A stretch of 64,000 bases of DNA from an uncultured Prevotella sp. (GCA_963550695.1 CAUVDL010000002.1:9766-73765), one strand, 5' to 3'. Counted from the stretch's first letter, positions 48,981 through 60,900 are shown. Translations and numbers: made by a program. The notes: generated by a model from the letters alone, not told the origin.

Positions 48981-50918
48981 ATGAAACACATTTTACTTTC
49001 TATGTTTACAGTTTTCGCAACAGCTGTAAATGCACAGGAACAAGAACAGTTCACAGTTGGCAACCTTACCTATACTGTAACTAGTCCGACAACCGTGGAA
49101 CTCACTAAACTGGACAACAAGGTAAAGGATGCCGTTACTATTCCAGAAAAAGTCACCAGTAAAGATTCCAAGCAATACACAGTCACTTCCATTGGTGAAG
49201 AAGCTTGCAAATGGTCTGACGCTGTTTCTATAAGTGTTCCGGAAACAGTTGATTCCATCAAGAAGTCAGCCTTCTCCGGTACAAAATTAACAAGCTTCTC
49301 ATTTCCGAAGAAGCTGCGTTACATTGGCCCATACGCCTTCAGTTCTACAAAACTGATAAGCGTTGAGATACCCGCAACAGTAGAGGTCATCAGCGACCAC
49401 GCTTTTTTTGGCACTAATAGTGTACCAACACTTACCTCTGTAAAACTGCACGAAGGACTGAAGGAGATGGGTGATGGTGCATTCTACTTCAGCGGACTTA
49501 CTGAAATTGAGATTCCTGCATCGGTAACCAAACTGGGAAAATCCGTCTTCCTGCGTAACAGGTCACTCAAGAAGATTATCTTCCACGAAGGTCTTTTACA
49601 TATTGGGAAAGGTGCCTTCAACGACTGTCCGGCACTGGCAGAATTTACCTTACCGAACACATTGAAGACGATTGATGATGAAGCCTTCCTCGGCGCCAAA
49701 GCTATCAAGACCCTGAATGTCCCAAGAGACCTTGAGACTATCGGGAGTTGTGCCTTTGCAAATACCAATCTGTCAACTATTACACTTGATGCAGACAACA
49801 AGAATTTTATCCTGAAAGATGGTGTTCTCTATACAAAGGATTACAAAATATTACAACTGGCTCCACTCAAAGGAGTCAAGACTTACCAGGTGGAAAGTAC
49901 GTGCCTCGGTATTGCCGGCGGTGCTTTTTGGGGCAGCGAGCTTGAGAGTATCCAACTTTCTGAGAGCCTTGTAGCCATAGGCTATGGTGCCTTCCTTGGA
50001 TCACAATTGAAAAGCATTAACTGGCCAAAACACCTGAGCTACATTGAAGAACAGGCCTTTGCTAATACACAGTTCACAGAACTAACCCTTCCATCATCAG
50101 TATATTATATTGCTGACGGTAGCTTCGCTGGTTGTAAGAAACTTACCAAGGTTACAATGCCATCTGGTATAATGCAAATATATGCACACGCCTTCCATAA
50201 CTGTGACCGTCTGACGCAATTTGTAGCTAAAGGCAGTACCGCACCAGAATTTATGTCTTACTACGAGTCTTATGACGCCCCCTTCTATGGTATCGCCTCT
50301 CCGGCAACACTCATAGTGCCAAAGGGTGCAGCAAAGTCATATACAGATGCCGGTTGGGGAGAATTCTTTAACATTGATGAAGCAGCAGTAGCCTCATTGA
50401 CCGTAAAGAGTGTCACCCCTGCTAATGAATCAAACTTTAAAAAGAATGCAAGTTTATCATTCAGCATCACCTTCAATGAGGAGCTGCAATTAGTGAATAC
50501 GAATCCTGAACTTCAAATACGACAGGATTACATCTACAGCACTGTGTATATCAGACCTTCAGGAACACCGGAGTGGACAGCACTACTTGACGGGAAAAAT
50601 ACGCTGACCATCTTTGGAAATGACAGTGACGGCTTTGTCGACACATTCACTGCAAAAGAAGGAAAAACATACTATGTCACCATCCCTGCAGGTGTTGTAA
50701 AAGATAAGACTGGAGCCGTAAACGATCAGATAACAATTCTCTACTACGGCCCAAAGGCTGGATCAACCGGAATTGGAACCTTGAAGAGCGATAGGCTAAG
50801 CAACAGTAAAGTTATAGGACGTTATAACCTCAATGGACAATCAGTTAATGCTGTACAGAAGGGTGTACAGATACTGAAATATGCTGACGGTACGGTAAGA
50901 AAGGTAGTTGTTAAGTAA
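48981..50918 (+). CDS. BspA-type leucine-rich repeat surface protein with an Ig-like domain and T9SS-type tail
   Basis: Sec signal (VNA-QEQ); many LxxIxxxAFxxxxLxxIxxP (LRR_5) repeats; tail STGIG..RYNLNG..KGVQI..KVVVK; ATG 48981 preferred over TTG 48975. Confidence 0.88.
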   Translation: MKHILLSMFTVFATAVNAQEQEQFTVGNLTYTVTSPTTVELTKLDNKVKDAVTIPEKVTSKDSKQYTVTSIGEEACKWSDAVSISVPETVDSIKKSAFSGTKLTSFSFPKKLRYIGPYAFSSTKLISVEIPATVEVISDHAFFGTNSVPTLTSVKLHEGLKEMGDGAFYFSGLTEIEIPASVTKLGKSVFLRNRSLKKIIFHEGLLHIGKGAFNDCPALAEFTLPNTLKTIDDEAFLGAKAIKTLNVPRDLETIGSCAFANTNLSTITLDADNKNFILKDGVLYTKDYKILQLAPLKGVKTYQVESTCLGIAGGAFWGSELESIQLSESLVAIGYGAFLGSQLKSINWPKHLSYIEEQAFANTQFTELTLPSSVYYIADGSFAGCKKLTKVTMPSGIMQIYAHAFHNCDRLTQFVAKGSTAPEFMSYYESYDAPFYGIASPATLIVPKGAAKSYTDAGWGEFFNIDEAAVASLTVKSVTPANESNFKKNASLSFSITFNEELQLVNTNPELQIRQDYIYSTVYIRPSGTPEWTALLDGKNTLTIFGNDSDGFVDTFTAKEGKTYYVTIPAGVVKDKTGAVNDQITILYYGPKAGSTGIGTLKSDRLSNSKVIGRYNLNGQSVNAVQKGVQILKYADGTVRKVVVK

Positions 50919-51237
50919 TAGAGTGTCTTTTTCAACTCAATACAGAGTAACATAAGAAGATACCAAAGATCTTTATCTTTAAAACGTGGGAGGGGGGAAT
51001 TGTTTTTAAACAATATCCCCCTACTATTTATTTTAAGGAAAGAGCCGGAATACCAAAAGATCCTATTGCTGCCTATTAGTGTTTGACAAAACATATTATT
51101 ACATTAAACATTGCCTCAGAACATAATGCAAACAGGCATATTTGACAGTCTGAATAGCTTCTATTAGCCATGTGTTAAAACTCAATGGATATGGGGGACC
51201 GCAGGCAAAGGTGAATGAGAAAAGCCTGTGTTTTAAG

Positions 51238-51253
51238 GGGTGGGAAACTTTAG
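51238..51253 (+). mobile_element. Orphan right TIR of the IS4-like element
   Basis: GGGTGGGAAACTTTAG is the exact reverse complement of 46410-46425. Confidence 0.7.
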
Positions 51254-51349
51254 TAAAATCATAGCTATGACTGTCTTAGCTTTCTATTCTATTATCATCC
51301 TTAAACGCTGAAAAACTTTTCATCTTTAACAATTCAAGGATGAGAAAGC

Positions 51350-51595
51350 GTAATTTTTCTTTACAAATAACGCAATAAAAACAACAAAAACGGAATAGAA
51401 GTATACATGTTTAAGAGCAGCTATAAGTATCTTATTATCAAGTAGTTGTAAAAAACCACTCTAAAAGGTGCTTAATTGGACTTCAAAAGGGCGTTAGTAA
51501 GGACCTTAAAGGGCATCTTTTGCAAGCCAAAAGGGCGTTAATTCGCATGGAATTAACGCCCTTTTAATTTCCAGACAACGAAATTATTTTACAAG
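51350..51595 (-). repeat. Repeat family A copy (reverse)
   Basis: AAAAGGTGCTTAATTGGACTTCAAAAGGGCGTTAGTAAGGACCTTAAAGGGCATCTTTTGCAAGCCAAAAGGGCGTTA. Confidence 0.85.
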
Positions 51596-51756
51596 AGTTA
51601 GCAAATTGACAAGTTAAGCGGGTTAGACAACTGAACAAGCTATATGCTTTGTTGGCTATCAATTAGATTATTTTTTTTTATTTACCAAACAGCTCGTTTA
51701 CTTGTCCGCTCGTTTACTCGCCCACCAATCACTACTGTTGAAAATACTATAACCGT

Positions 51757-52383
51757 CTACTTTACAAGCTGCTCAAGTGGAGTTTCAATGATAGCCTTCA
51801 CAAGGGCATCATTCTGTTTGCGTTGCTCTTCGGTTGAAGCAAGGCGGTTTCTCTCTGCCTCATACAGTGCCTTTACCTTTTTAGGTCCCTCCATTAACTT
51901 GATAGAAAGATAGCGGTTTATCTCGTGTACAGTGTCATGGTCTTCCTCGTAACGTCTGTTGAAGTTTTCTTCAGCACGTTCGTAGTAGTCCATTGCCTCC
52001 TTCTTGTTTCCCATCTTCTCATAGAACATACCTGCACCAAGAAGTGTGTAAGGCTCTGTTGGGTTACGCTTGAGATAGGCTTTTAGCGTCTCTAATGCCT
52101 GTGCAATATTGCCCTGACTTTTGAGATATTCCGCCTTGTTAGCGTAAGCAAGTTGATAGTCGGGGTCCTTCTCAATAGCACTATCGAGCAGGGTTATCGC
52201 CTTCTTCACAGAATCAGGTGAGTTCGACCAATGCGTATATACGTTTACTGCCTGATTGTTTAAGACGATTACAGTTGAGTCAGGTTTATGTCCACAGCAA
52301 AGTTTCTTATTGCTCTGCGCATTACAGGATGTCAATGTTAGAAACATAAACAGCGATAATGCCAAAAGGAAATTACGATTCAT
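51757..52383 (-). CDS. Tetratricopeptide-repeat lipoprotein
   Basis: Lipobox LTSC-NAQ; TPR-like helices (AITLLDSAIEKDPDYQLAYANKA, GMFYEKMGNKKEAMDYYERA); TATCTTTG box at 52502-52509 on the minus strand. Confidence 0.8.
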   Translation of the reverse strand: MNRNFLLALSLFMFLTLTSCNAQSNKKLCCGHKPDSTVIVLNNQAVNVYTHWSNSPDSVKKAITLLDSAIEKDPDYQLAYANKAEYLKSQGNIAQALETLKAYLKRNPTEPYTLLGAGMFYEKMGNKKEAMDYYERAEENFNRRYEEDHDTVHEINRYLSIKLMEGPKKVKALYEAERNRLASTEEQRKQNDALVKAIIETPLEQLVK

Positions 52384-52780
52384 AGTTTTTGATATTTTAA
52401 GTTTAAGAATAAGATTTCATTGTCAAAATTGGTAGTTGCTTCTATTCTGACGAAGTAGGTTTGCCTTAGCTGACTGCATAAGACTAATCTTACATTCGCA
52501 GCAAAGATAACATTTTTTTTAAATAGCGAAGAGTAAATTAGTATAAAAATTATCTTCCCTATGAGAAACAGTAGACAATTATTCTTAAGGCTGATGTGTC
52601 GATGTCTATTTATATAAGGTATATAACTTTAATCGTTACCAGTCTTTTTACAAAATGATGAGTATAACATTCGCATAAATTAGGGATAAAGAAATTGTGA
52701 AATATGGATTAAGAGTATGATTGATTGTTAAAAATATCAAATATTGTATTTGCAACAATGAATATTTGAAAGAATATGTT

Positions 52781-52788
52781 TATATTTG
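52781..52788 (+). promoter_or_regulatory. Candidate -7 promoter box of the GH95/GH2 cluster
   Basis: TATATTTG about 115 bp upstream of ATG 52903. Confidence 0.5.
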
Positions 52789-52902
52789 CTGTCGACTTTA
52801 AGAGGTAAACGACTCCTTTTAATAGAACCTAAAGCAAAACCTAATTGTAGATAATAAAATCTATTTAAAAATAAAACAAAAACCAATTATTTATTACAGA
52901 TT

Positions 52903-54204
52903 ATGAAGAAAATCTTTACTTTACTTTCATTGTGCATGGTCGCAATGACAACTTTCGCTCAGTGGGTTTCAACTCCTGAGAGTGGTGAGAAGTACTACAT
53001 CGCTGTTGGTACCAACAAGGTGGGTTACATCACAGCCAATGGTAATGGCGAGAAGTTGACAGCTAAGGCAGCTTCTGTTGGTGACAAAGAAAAGCAGACT
53101 TGGACTTGTACGAAGGGTGAGAACGATGTTTGGTCATTCACTCTTTCAGTAGAAGGCGAGACTTGGACAATGTTTACCACAGAGGATAAACGTCTTGCTG
53201 CTGGTACAAATCCAGGTGAGAACTTCAAGGATTACACTGTTGTCAGTCACGATGACGATCCATCAGCAGCTTATGCTGGTATCAAGATGGTTGCTGATGA
53301 GGGAAACTCTTATGTAAACATCTATGGTGCTCAGGCTTTGGGCAGAGAGTATGGTCCTTGGGCTGATGGCGACAATGGTTCAAGGGTCTACTTTATCAAG
53401 GCTTCTGAGGTAGAGATCCCAACTTGGGATTTTAACTTCAATATTTTCCAGCAGGGTGACAACAGTACTCGTTACTTCATCCAGTTCAATAGAGCAGCAG
53501 CAAACAACCCAGCGAATGGTCCTACTGGTTTGAACGGTCTGACAGGTAGTAAGTTGATTCTTTCAGTTGCCAACGATACACTGATTGCTGACTCTCTTGT
53601 AAAGGCTGATGTGAACTTCCGTCATAAGGTATGGCACGTAACAGAGTTTGATGCTGATACAAAGAAGATTGTTCTCGTTAACGAGGCTGGTCAGTACATC
53701 AAGTTCGTTACCTTCGAGACAGAGTTGCCTGGTGGTAACGATATGTATAAGAAGAACGAAGCTGGCGAGTGGGTACGCAACGGCAAGAGCGGTGGCGGTA
53801 AGATGACTGGTGGCTTCATGGCTACTACTGAGCCACAGGAACTCTACATCTTCGACAGCAACCAGGGCAGCGAGTGCTACTCTATCGGTGACAGCAGCGA
53901 CAGAACCACAAGGAACTTCCTTAACGCATGGGGTAACATAGCATGGCACCATCTCATGGGTAAGTGGGAAGTTAACGATCCTAACAACGCCCTCAAGTTC
54001 ATTCCTATCAATGACCTTTTGAGTGACGAGGAAATCGCAGAGATGGAAGCAGCTTCTGTTAATGGCATCTCTAACGTAAAGGTACAGGAGAAGCAGGCTA
54101 ACGGTTATGTTTACACCCTCGATGGTCGCATGGTAGCAAAGAGCCTCAATGGTCTTGCTAAGGGCTTGTACATTGTGAATGGTAAGAAGGTTGTTGTGAA
54201 GTAA
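52903..54204 (+). CDS. Secreted protein with two ricin/beta-trefoil-like modules and a T9SS-type tail; no catalytic domain recognised
   Basis: Sec signal (TFA-QW); repeated module ending GxW..D..(S/N).h.FI; tail VNGISNV..VYTLDGR..KGLYIVNGKKVVVK. Confidence 0.6.
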   Translation: MKKIFTLLSLCMVAMTTFAQWVSTPESGEKYYIAVGTNKVGYITANGNGEKLTAKAASVGDKEKQTWTCTKGENDVWSFTLSVEGETWTMFTTEDKRLAAGTNPGENFKDYTVVSHDDDPSAAYAGIKMVADEGNSYVNIYGAQALGREYGPWADGDNGSRVYFIKASEVEIPTWDFNFNIFQQGDNSTRYFIQFNRAAANNPANGPTGLNGLTGSKLILSVANDTLIADSLVKADVNFRHKVWHVTEFDADTKKIVLVNEAGQYIKFVTFETELPGGNDMYKKNEAGEWVRNGKSGGGKMTGGFMATTEPQELYIFDSNQGSECYSIGDSSDRTTRNFLNAWGNIAWHHLMGKWEVNDPNNALKFIPINDLLSDEEIAEMEAASVNGISNVKVQEKQANGYVYTLDGRMVAKSLNGLAKGLYIVNGKKVVVK

Positions 54205-54223
54205 TTCACAATAAATAAATTAA

Positions 54224-54339
54224 GGGGCTGTATCAAAAGCAAGGGCGCACATGAGCGTGCGTCCGCCAGCAGGCTAAGGATAGATACACGACACGTGTAG
54301 TTCTACAACTTGCCACTGACACAATTTTGATACAACCCC
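54224..54339. repeat. 116-bp element with inverted ends
   Basis: GGGGCTGTATCAAAA / TTTTGATACAACCCC (14/15). Confidence 0.55.
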
Positions 54340-54404
54340 ATTTTGCGTATTATAATTCAAACATTTAGTAATTAAATAATTATCATAATTTCTTTTCCTC
54401 TAAT

Positions 54405-57400
54405 ATGAATATCTGTAAGCGTATTTGTGCTGCTTTGCTCTTGTCTGTCGTAAGTATCGGACAAGTTCTGGCACAAGGTTATCCTCGCATCAGTACTAAT
54501 GGCAATGAGCATTGGTATTACGTTAAGTATCTTCGTTCTAACAACGTTTTGGAAGACAAAGGCAACAAGCAAAAATGCCTCACTGCCGTTCCACAGGTCA
54601 TGAAGGATGATTGCCAGTTGTGGAAGATTGTTGCTGCGGAGAACTTTGGTCGTAATAAGAAGTACCAATTGGTAAGCAAGAGCGGTCGTACCCTTTATAT
54701 CAATGGTACAAATCCTTATAGCTCACGCTTTATGGCAGCTACATCGCCAACAGATATTACCTCATTCCATATCTTCCAGAGTATGAATAATAGCTTTGGA
54801 ACGGGTGCATTCGAGTTGGCACCAGACTCTACGGGTAGTCATGCGATGAACCAAGTGGGTGAGATTAGAGCTGGACAAGAGATTGGACTGTGGGATAAAG
54901 GCGACATCAACAACGTGTTGACCTTTGTCAGCAAGGATGACATGGTATTCCCATATTATCTTCCTACGGTTTCAACAGCTGCAAATCCTGTTTATTATTA
55001 CATCCAGTTCCAGACTGGCAACTGGCTTTTGAGTGCCAAGGGCGATAAGGCAACCTGCCAAACAGCCGCATTGCATAATGGTAATCTTGATGACATGCTA
55101 TGGCGTGTATCAGAGAAAGACGGCAAATACTCTTTTGTTAGCAAGAGCGGAAAGATTCTTTATATCAGCGATTCATACGTCAACGCTGCAAAGGCTCGCA
55201 ACGTGAAGGATACGCTCTTTACGATGGTGGAGTCAAAGAACGCCTTGGGTGGCTTCGAGATTGGTAAGTCAACCACAGGACGTAACTTCTTTAATATGTA
55301 CCAAGGAGCTGGTGAAGGCAAGTATATTAGCTTCTGGGACTTGGGCGATGGGGGCAATGTAGTGCGCTTTGTACCAGCAGAAGAGTTGGTACCAGTGTCA
55401 GGTATTGCTACTTTTAATCCAGCCAACAAATATACGCTTTGGTATACAAAGCCTGCAACCAACTGGATGACCTCTTGTCTTCCTATCGGTAACGGTCAGT
55501 TTGGTGCAACTTTGATGGGCGATGTAGCCATTGACGACGTACAGTTTAACGACAAAACCCTTTGGAGCGGTAAGCTCGGCGGACTGACAAGTACAGCTGC
55601 TTATGGTTATTATCTTAACTTTGGCAACCTTTATATCCGCAGTCGACTTTTGTCAAAGGTAACAGACTACGTTCGTTACCTTGATATCAACGATGCCGTA
55701 GCAGGTGTGAAATATACGATGGATGGCGTAGAGTACGATCGTACTTACTTCGCAAGCAATCCTGACAGTTGTGTGGTAGTTCGTTACACAGCCTCACAGA
55801 ACGGTAAAATCAATACAACGCTTACGTTGAGAGATCAGAACGGACGTAACGTAAGTTATACCGTTGATAATAACAATCAAGCAACGATTACCTTTGATGG
55901 TCAGGTAGCTCGCCAAGATGATCATGGTGCAACCACACCAGAGAGCTATTATTGTGCAGCACGTATCGTGACCGATGGCGGTACGATTACTAAGAATGCA
56001 AAGGGTATGATTGAGGTGAATGGTGCCAACAGCATGACTGTTTACCTTCGTGGTTTAACTGACTTCGACCCAGATGCGCCGGCATATGTGTCTGGAACTA
56101 ACCTCCTTCCAGCTCGTGCAGCAGCGACAGTAAATGGTGCACAGAGCAAGGGTTACGATGCTTTATTTGCAGCACATAAGACCGATTATAAGTCGCTCTT
56201 TGATCGTTGTCAGCTCACCCTCGGTGACATTAAGAACAATATTCCAACCCCACAGCTCATCAGCAGCTATCGTAACAACCAGCATGACAACCTCTTCTTA
56301 GAGGAACTCTACTTCAATTATGGTCGTTACCTCCTTATCAGTTCAAGCCGTGGCGTATCGCTCCCAGCTAACTTGCAGGGTATTTGGAACGACAACAACA
56401 CCCCTGCATGGCACGCTGATATCCATGCGAACATCAACGTACAGATGAACTACTGGCCTGCTGAGCCAACCAACCTCTCTGAACTTCACCGCCCATTCCT
56501 CGATTATATCTATCGTGAGGCGTGTGTGAAGCCTACATGGCGTCGCTTTGCACAGGACATGGGTCACGTGAATACAGGTTGGACCTTACCAACGGAGAAT
56601 AACATCTATGGCTCTGGTACTACCTTTGCCAATACTTATACCGTAGCGAATGCGTGGTATTGTCAGCACCTCTGGCAGCACTATACCTACACAATGGATA
56701 AGGACTTCCTTCGCACAAAGGCGTTCCCTGCAATGAAATCGGCTGTCGACTATTGGTTTAAGAAACTTGTTAAGGTGGCTGATGGTACCTACGAATGTCC
56801 TGACGAATGGTCACCAGAACACGGACCAACGGAGAATGCTACCGCACACAGCCAGCAGTTGGTTTGGGACTTGTTCAATAACACACGCAAGGCTATTAAA
56901 GTTCTTGGCGACGATGTGGTATCAAAGGCGTTCCGTGATTCGCTTGCAACCTACTTTGCTAAGCTTGACGATGGTTGCCATACAGAGGTGAACCCTGCCG
57001 ACGGAAAGACTTATCTCCGTGAATGGAAATATACTTCACAGTTTAATAACCCAAGCAAAATCGGTGTAAACGAGTATAAGGCACACCGCCATATCTCTCA
57101 TTTGATGGGTCTTTATCCTTGTACGCAGATCAGTGAAGATGCTAATAATACCGTCTTTGAGGCTGCTCGTACATCGCTGATAGCCCGTGGCGATGGTCAC
57201 GGAACGGGTTGGTCACTCGGTCATAAGATTAATCTAAATGCCCGCGCCTACGAAGGTCAGCACTGTCATAACCTTATCAAGCGTGCCTTACAGCAGACTT
57301 GGGACACCGGAACAAACGAGGCAGCGGGTGGTATCTATGAGAACCTCTGGGATGCCCATGCACCTTATCAGATTGATGGTAACTTTGGTTATACAGCTGG

Positions 57401-57896
57401 TGTAGCCGAGATGCTCCTCCAAAGTCATAATGATAAGCTCGTTATCCTCCCTGCCTTGCCAACAACATTCTGGCAGAAGGGTTCAGTAAAGGGCTTGAAG
57501 GCAGTGGGCAACTTCACCGTTGACATTGATTGGGCTAATGCGAAGGCTACGAAGGTACAGATTGTTTCCAACATGGGTACAACCTGTATCGTGAAATATG
57601 CTGGCGTAGCAAAGGATTATAAGGTGACTACTGCCGACGGAAAGGCGGTTAAGGCAAAGCGTATCAATGATGACGAAATCAGCTTCCCAACAGTGAAGGG
57701 CGGCGTATATGTCATTGTTTCTAATACTCCAAACGCTATCGCAGCCGTAAAGGATAAACAATACGGTAACATTGCTTCCGTAAGCTATTACAGTCTTAAT
57801 GGTACAAAGGCCAATCAGACACAAGGACATGGCGTATATATCAAGCAGATGAAGTACAGCAACGGTACAACAAGTATAACAAAGGTAATCAACTAA
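54405..57896 (+). CDS. GH95 alpha-L-fucosidase with two N-terminal trefoil-like modules and T9SS-type tail
   Basis: LWYTKPA, LPIGNGQFGA, FNYGRYLLISSSR, PANLQGIWN, NINVQMNYW, SPEHG, HRHISHL, GTGWS, YQIDGNFG. Confidence 0.93.
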   Translation: MNICKRICAALLLSVVSIGQVLAQGYPRISTNGNEHWYYVKYLRSNNVLEDKGNKQKCLTAVPQVMKDDCQLWKIVAAENFGRNKKYQLVSKSGRTLYINGTNPYSSRFMAATSPTDITSFHIFQSMNNSFGTGAFELAPDSTGSHAMNQVGEIRAGQEIGLWDKGDINNVLTFVSKDDMVFPYYLPTVSTAANPVYYYIQFQTGNWLLSAKGDKATCQTAALHNGNLDDMLWRVSEKDGKYSFVSKSGKILYISDSYVNAAKARNVKDTLFTMVESKNALGGFEIGKSTTGRNFFNMYQGAGEGKYISFWDLGDGGNVVRFVPAEELVPVSGIATFNPANKYTLWYTKPATNWMTSCLPIGNGQFGATLMGDVAIDDVQFNDKTLWSGKLGGLTSTAAYGYYLNFGNLYIRSRLLSKVTDYVRYLDINDAVAGVKYTMDGVEYDRTYFASNPDSCVVVRYTASQNGKINTTLTLRDQNGRNVSYTVDNNNQATITFDGQVARQDDHGATTPESYYCAARIVTDGGTITKNAKGMIEVNGANSMTVYLRGLTDFDPDAPAYVSGTNLLPARAAATVNGAQSKGYDALFAAHKTDYKSLFDRCQLTLGDIKNNIPTPQLISSYRNNQHDNLFLEELYFNYGRYLLISSSRGVSLPANLQGIWNDNNTPAWHADIHANINVQMNYWPAEPTNLSELHRPFLDYIYREACVKPTWRRFAQDMGHVNTGWTLPTENNIYGSGTTFANTYTVANAWYCQHLWQHYTYTMDKDFLRTKAFPAMKSAVDYWFKKLVKVADGTYECPDEWSPEHGPTENATAHSQQLVWDLFNNTRKAIKVLGDDVVSKAFRDSLATYFAKLDDGCHTEVNPADGKTYLREWKYTSQFNNPSKIGVNEYKAHRHISHLMGLYPCTQISEDANNTVFEAARTSLIARGDGHGTGWSLGHKINLNARAYEGQHCHNLIKRALQQTWDTGTNEAAGGIYENLWDAHAPYQIDGNFGYTAGVAEMLLQSHNDKLVILPALPTTFWQKGSVKGLKAVGNFTVDIDWANAKATKVQIVSNMGTTCIVKYAGVAKDYKVTTADGKAVKAKRINDDEISFPTVKGGVYVIVSNTPNAIAAVKDKQYGNIASVSYYSLNGTKANQTQGHGVYIKQMKYSNGTTSITKVIN

Positions 57897-57914
57897 TCAC
57901 TTTATACATTACTT

Positions 57915-57948
57915 ACCCACGCTTCGGTTTTAGCAGAAGTGTGGGTTT
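57915..57948 (+). terminator. Stem-loop between the GH95 and GH2 genes
   Basis: ACCCACGCTTC / GAAGTGTGGGT. Confidence 0.5.
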
Positions 57949-57978
57949 AACTCAGCATAAATATTTACTCTCATTTAT

Positions 57979-60900
57979 ATGAAAACAATCAGAAACATTG
58001 GTCTTTTCGTATTCTTACTGACCTTAGCACCAACCGTGCTAAGGGCACAAGCGTGGAATGCGAAGCCCCAAGGCGGTAAGACCTACGCCATCTCTGTGGG
58101 CAAGAACACGCAGGACGTGCTCACACCCTACAAGTTCTATTGGGAAAGTGTTACGAAACTTGCGTTCCAAAAGTATATCGAAGGCAAAGACAAACAGAAG
58201 TGGAAGCTCGTTGAAGTACCTAATAAGTCGGACTGTTATCAGTTGGTTAATGCCGAGGGCGAGCTGGCCTTTGACATGGCACTTAATGATCCTAATAGCA
58301 CTTCGGGCAACACTTGCGTGTGGACTGAGACCATCACGAATCCTAACCAGCAGATTTACATCACGAAGAAAGGCAATGGCTATCAGCTGAGTGCCGTCTC
58401 TGGTAGGAATGGTCAGACCTATTATGTGACTACAGGGACGCAAGAAGGATACGACGTCATGTACTGTCGATGGGAAAGAAGCCCGAGTAGCGCTGCCATA
58501 GTACACTTCAAAGAGGTGACACCGGTCGTTATTCCGCAGGCAGCCGACTGGGAGAATGCTACCGTCTATGAGCGCAACAAGGAGCAGGGACACGCTACTT
58601 ACATGCCTTATCCATCAACGGCTGCAATGAAGGCCGACGGTCAGCGTTATGACAAACCGTGGTTGGAACCAACGGGCGCAAACTACCTCAGTCTCAATGG
58701 AACGTGGCGACTGCGTTGGAGCGAAGGCCCTAAGCCAGTGCTCTTAAGCAAGGACGAGTGTTGGGGCGATGATGTTAACACAGACGGTTCAGCGTGGAGT
58801 GACATCACAGTCCCATCTTGTCTTGAGATGAACGGATATGGTAAACCGATGTATGTCAACGTTGACTATCCTTTTGTTGATAAGCAACCTCACATCCTAA
58901 TGAAGCCGGGCTTGACCAATTCCGTGGGTTCTTATCGACGCGATTTCACCCTACCTGCAGGTTGGGAGAGCAAGCGTGTGTTCCTACACTTTGATGGTAT
59001 CTACTCGGCAGCATACGTTTATGTCAACGGACATGAGGTGGGTTACACCCAAGGAGCTAATAATGTCAGTGAGTTTGATGTAACGAGATACGTACATGCA
59101 GGCAAGAACAATGTTGCTGTACAGGTTATTCGTTGGAGCGATGGGTCGTATCTTGAAGGACAGGACATGTGGCACATGAGTGGTATTCACCGTGATGTCT
59201 ACCTCGTGGCAACGCCTAAGACCTATCTTGCCGACCATTATATTAAGTCGACTGTCACACCGGGCTTGACAACTGCTGGGCTGGGTAGTGCGGCTACAAC
59301 AGTAGACCTCACCGTCTGCAATCGTGATAAGCTCGCTGCGAAGAAGACCGTTACTGTGACGCTCTACGACCCATCTGGGAAGGAAATAAAGGCCCTTTCA
59401 GCCGACTTTCAGTTTGCTGCTGGCGACAGCGTGATGACGAAGACCATCGATTTCGGAACTCTCTCTGGCCTTAGGCTATGGTCGGCTGAGACGCCAACGC
59501 TCTATACCTTCACTTTCAGTCAGTCGCAAGATGGCAACGAGGAGGAGGCTTTCTCTACGAAATATGGCTTCAGGAAGATCGACCTCAGTAAGGGGTATCT
59601 TGAGGTGAACGGCCGCCGCACCTATCTTAAAGGGGCTAACACGCAGGACACCGACCCATTGCATGGACGCAGCATCACCACCGACCTTATGTTAAAGGAT
59701 ATAACGATGATGAAGCAGTGTAACATGAATACCGTTCGTACCAGCCACTATCCTCGTCAATCAAAGATGATGGCTATGTTCGACTACTACGGCCTTTTTG
59801 TCGTAGATGAGGCTGACATGGAGTTGCATAAGAACTGGGAAGGCTCAAAGACCATCATCAATAACCCTAATTGGACAGGTGCTATCGTCGACCGCAATGT
59901 ACGTAATACGCTCCGCGACCGCAACCATCCAAGTGTTGTTTTTTGGAGTTTAGGTAACGAGAGTGGCTCTGGTCTGAACATTATGGCAGCTTACAATGCT
60001 GTTCGTAAGCTCGACAACCGCTACATCCACTATGAGGGTTCAACGCGTGATAATGCTGAAGGCACTGATATTCACTCTGTCATGTACCCTGCAATGCACG
60101 ACTGGCGCAGCGGAACAACGGGTCCTGTTACTGCTGATGTGAACCATCCAAACACTAATAAGCCTTACTTCATGTGCGAGTATGCACACGCTATGGGTAA
60201 CGCTGTGGGCAACTTGCGCGAATATTGGGAGGCTATGGAGGGCTCTCAGATGGGTGTTGGCGGATGCATCTGGGACTGGGTTGACCAGAGTATCTACTCT
60301 TACGATGCTATAAAGAACAATAAGCTGACTGAGAATGGGTTCCCTGCTTACATCACGGGATACGACTGTCCGGGTCCTCACCAGTATAACTTCGTTAACA
60401 ACGGACTTGTAAATGCAGACCGTGCATGGAGTGCTGAGTTAGACGAGGTGAAGCGTGTTTACCAGTGGGTGGGCTTCGACTTGAATACTGAGAAGCATCA
60501 GGTCAAACTGACGAATAAGTATCTTGACCGTAACCTCAACCAGTTCTATCTCAAGTGGACCCTCCTTGTTGATGGTAAGCCAGTACAGGATGATACTTTC
60601 AAGAAGCTCAACTGCGCTGCTGGTGCTACACAGACTGTTGATTTGAAGTATAACACTGCTGCCTATGCAGGTAAGGAAATCTTCCTCAACATCGGTCTTT
60701 ATACAAAGGATGCAACACTTTGGTGCGATCGTGATTATCCTGTTGCTCAGTTCCAAAAGCAGTTAGCTGCTGGCACAACAACCCTTGCTGAGGTTGATAA
60801 TACTAAGGCGGATGCACTCCACGCAACCCATAATGCAGATGGTGGTTACACTTATGCAAACGGTAAACAGAAGCTGACATTCGACAAACAGGGTAATATC

